Of a DNA stretch of 64,000 bases, positions 61,622-64,000 are shown in pieces (the first letter of the stretch is position 1; every line of letters starts with the position of its first letter). The position numbers and the translations under genes were made by a program. Under the pieces are notes generated by a model. The model was not told where the DNA came from and made no database searches. It saw nothing but the letters and a program-made list of their open reading frames with translations. Source of the DNA: Zancudomyces culisetae HAW-14-8 (taxonomy: Eukaryota; Fungi; Kickxellomycota); NCBI GenBank assembly GCA_052426225.1, contig JBNJNM010000006.1, forward strand, positions 1,364,001 through 1,428,000, read 5' to 3'.

Positions 61622-62425
61622 TAACTTATATTTTTAAAAAACTACAAGAAATATAATAAAGTAAAGAGTTTTAGTTGACAAATATGTAATATTATTTTAA
61701 TTATGTTTGCCTTTTTAGGGGCTTTGTACTCAACTCCGAACTCTATCACACTTGTATAGTTTTTATCCTACACCCTTGCTAATAGTTCGTTTTATGAAGT
61801 TAGTACAGTATATATTTTGTATATCTTATTTTTTTATTTTTCTTTCTTCCTCTCTTCCAAACTATCTAAAAATTATATATATTTTTTGTTATCTCAAAAA
61901 CTAATAAAAAAACTTATCCTGATAACGACTAACCTGTTATCAAGGATAGAAATTGGATAAAACCCTCTATAGGGAGAAAAGTCCAATCTCCAATGAAAAT
62001 AAATATGATAAAATAAATATGATAATTAAACTGCCAATCAAAGCTAGAAGATATGAACTATCATTTTATATAAGACAAATAATGTCGCATCAATGAGCGA
62101 CAGGATGTACATCACACGGGTGCTTTCGTGTGATGTGCTAAGACTTACACGGTGGTTTTCACCTATGAGGTTTTTCCCGTGTACATATCTATTAATTTTT
62201 ATATTTATTTTATATTAATTTTATCAATGTTACTTATATAGTTATAATATAGTTAGTTTATTTAAAATATGAGAGATCAGATATAAGGCTAAGTATCTGA
62301 CCTACTGAATTCAGTATCTTTTTTCTTTAGTTTATAATCGAAAATAAACACATTAAGCCATTGAATCTGGGTCCTACCGTCTTCAGGTAGTTATTAGGTA
62401 ATAGTATAAACTTTCAAAATACTTG

Positions 62426-63216
62426 TTAAGGCGGTAAAGTCGGGTAAAAGGGACAACAAATAAATTTAATTCCGTCAATATGTCGTAGTATTTGAAATTT
62501 TATTTTATTTTCATTACTCCATCCATTGTTTCCAGCGGCTATTTCACATCTTTTCAGCCACTTTTTTGGTTCTAGTTCCTCTGCAGGGTTAAATATATCC
62601 GGTTCCATAGTTATTCTATGTAAACTATTCAGATGTTGTAGTAAGATATTATCTACAGACTTCTTTTCTTCAATTTGTGCCGTTCTTGGCCTAGGCTTAT
62701 TTTCTGGTACTGTCATTATTAATATTGCTTAATAAACTATATTGAATTGATTATTTTGTATTAGCTAAGTTTTTCTAGTGTCCTGGCTGGATCACCATAT
62801 TCTGTCGTAGTATGTGAAATTTTATTTTATAATTTTGTATACCACAGTACGACGAGGCTGTGTATACTATAACTCTTTGGTTCAGAACACTAGTACTAAC
62901 TTTCTTATAATATTTTATATGATATGTTTATTTTAATAGTAATAGATATACTTAAGTAAACGCTAAACTAAAGGATGAAGTTCGAACACTGTTTCCGTGT
63001 TCGAATGTTTCGAATTATATAGGGTGTTGTAAAATGGTAAAAGAAAAATTAAAGTAAAATAAAACAAACTACTTAAAGTATGAACGTTTTTGGGACACAT
63101 TGTAACAAAAACCACAATGGTGAAAAAGTTACGTCGAACAATGCCCAACGTTTTATAATAATTAAAACTATATAATATAAATAAAAGTAGGGTATGATGT
63201 AAAATTGCACACGACA
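62426..63216 (-). mobile_element. Truncated LTR element: 5' LTR, tRNA-Val-like PBS, gag N-terminus
   Basis: LTR 62803-63216; PBS (plus strand GTCCTGGCTGGATCACCA, 62780-62797) same as the TRIMs; gag-like FNPAEELEPKKWLKRCEIAAGNNGW. Confidence 0.75.
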
Positions 63217-63225
63217 AATAACAGC

Positions 63226-63849
63226 TGTCGCAATATGGAATCTGGGGGTTACACAATCGCTCTGTAACCTTATCCCCATTTGCGCAGAATGGGGTGACAC
63301 ACACCCCTTTGGAGGTGTAGGGGAAAGTCTGATCCCCGACGGACTCCCTAGGCTGCTACGGATCTGTATCTGACGCACGCTAGTGGTCAGATCTTTCAAG
63401 GTCTGGGGGCTTAATACCCCAGCATCCTGATCCATGCTGCTGCCGGTACTCCTTCCGGAAGATGATGAAGTGGTACTTATTGCCATCTCCTCATCTTCAT
63501 ACCCATTTGAGTAGTACATTTTGTAGTTTTTTTGTATTTGTTATTATTATTAACTAGATTTTTATTAAATACGTCCGTATATTAAGACATGGATGACGCT
63601 TTCAAATTCATCTATGTCTTTTATTTATATAAACTAACTCTTTACATATAATCACTAAACTATCATCCATAAAAAAATAATATTGCTATATTAATGTTTG
63701 CGTTGAAACGTTGGTGTATGAATGTGTTGTTAACAATCATTCATACATATCTCAACGTTTCTTGAATGAACAATGTAATTGTTCAGCAACGTGTAATCTG
63801 ATCCAATACACGTTGCTATGCCCTGATACCCGGATCTAGTATCTCGACA
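63226..63849 (-). mobile_element. Solo LTR, ORF-bearing family (copy of 46190-46812)
   Basis: Near-identical sequence and the same encoded peptide. Confidence 0.88.
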
Positions 63850-64000
63850 TGTCGTATAATATTTTATACTTTATAAAAGTAGTGTATGGAAATTTAAGAA
63901 ATTCAATGGAAATACTTAATCAAAATTATTTTAGAAATTGGACTCTTTTTTCCTTGGCAATTTTTGTTAGGTTTTTTTGTGAGAAATTTCGATAGTAAGT

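Larger units (their letters stand above)
54862..61680 (+). mobile_element. Decayed Ty3/gypsy element; 3' LTR interrupted by Tc1
   Basis: Diverged LTRs 54862-55199 and 59735-61680; PBS TGGCGATCATGGTGGGACC. Confidence 0.9.
53258..64000. repeat. LTR stack (array 5), mixed orientation, continues past the window end
   Basis: Units 53258-53621, 53622-54303, 54307-~54536, 54541-54858, 54862-61680 (decayed Ty3), 61685-62077, 62083-~62420, gag fragment+PBS+LTR 62426-63216, 63226-63849, 63850-end. Confidence 0.8.

Overview
AT-rich eukaryotic DNA with spliceosomal GT-AG introns, most likely fungal (inference). There are three host genes: a small secreted acidic protein, a Rad53/Chk2-like multi-FHA kinase, and a triple pseudo-NDK repeat protein. 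There are five tRNA genes: Thr-AGT x2, Thr-TGT, Gly-CCC and Gln-TTG. Most of the remaining DNA is a highly ordered retrotransposon system. The 5' flank of every tRNA locus carries a stack of 6-21 LTR-element insertions from many families. These are mostly solo LTRs (TGT...ACA) plus two intact Ty3/gypsy elements, two TRIMs and a tandem gag-protease-only element. Units abut through 0-9 nt spacers that resemble the tRNA 5' junction and are mostly co-oriented with the tRNA. Intact elements lie near the tRNA and decayed ones lie distal, so each stack reads as a polarised, apparently chronological insertion record. A further stack runs off the right edge. Four LTR families share a covarying pseudoknot-like fold at the LTR 3' end, and three share an LTR-encoded peptide. 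A separate ~420 bp repeat sits just downstream of the tRNAs. Two Tc1 transposons and a LINE remnant are also present. Coordinates were read by eye and may be off by a few nt.
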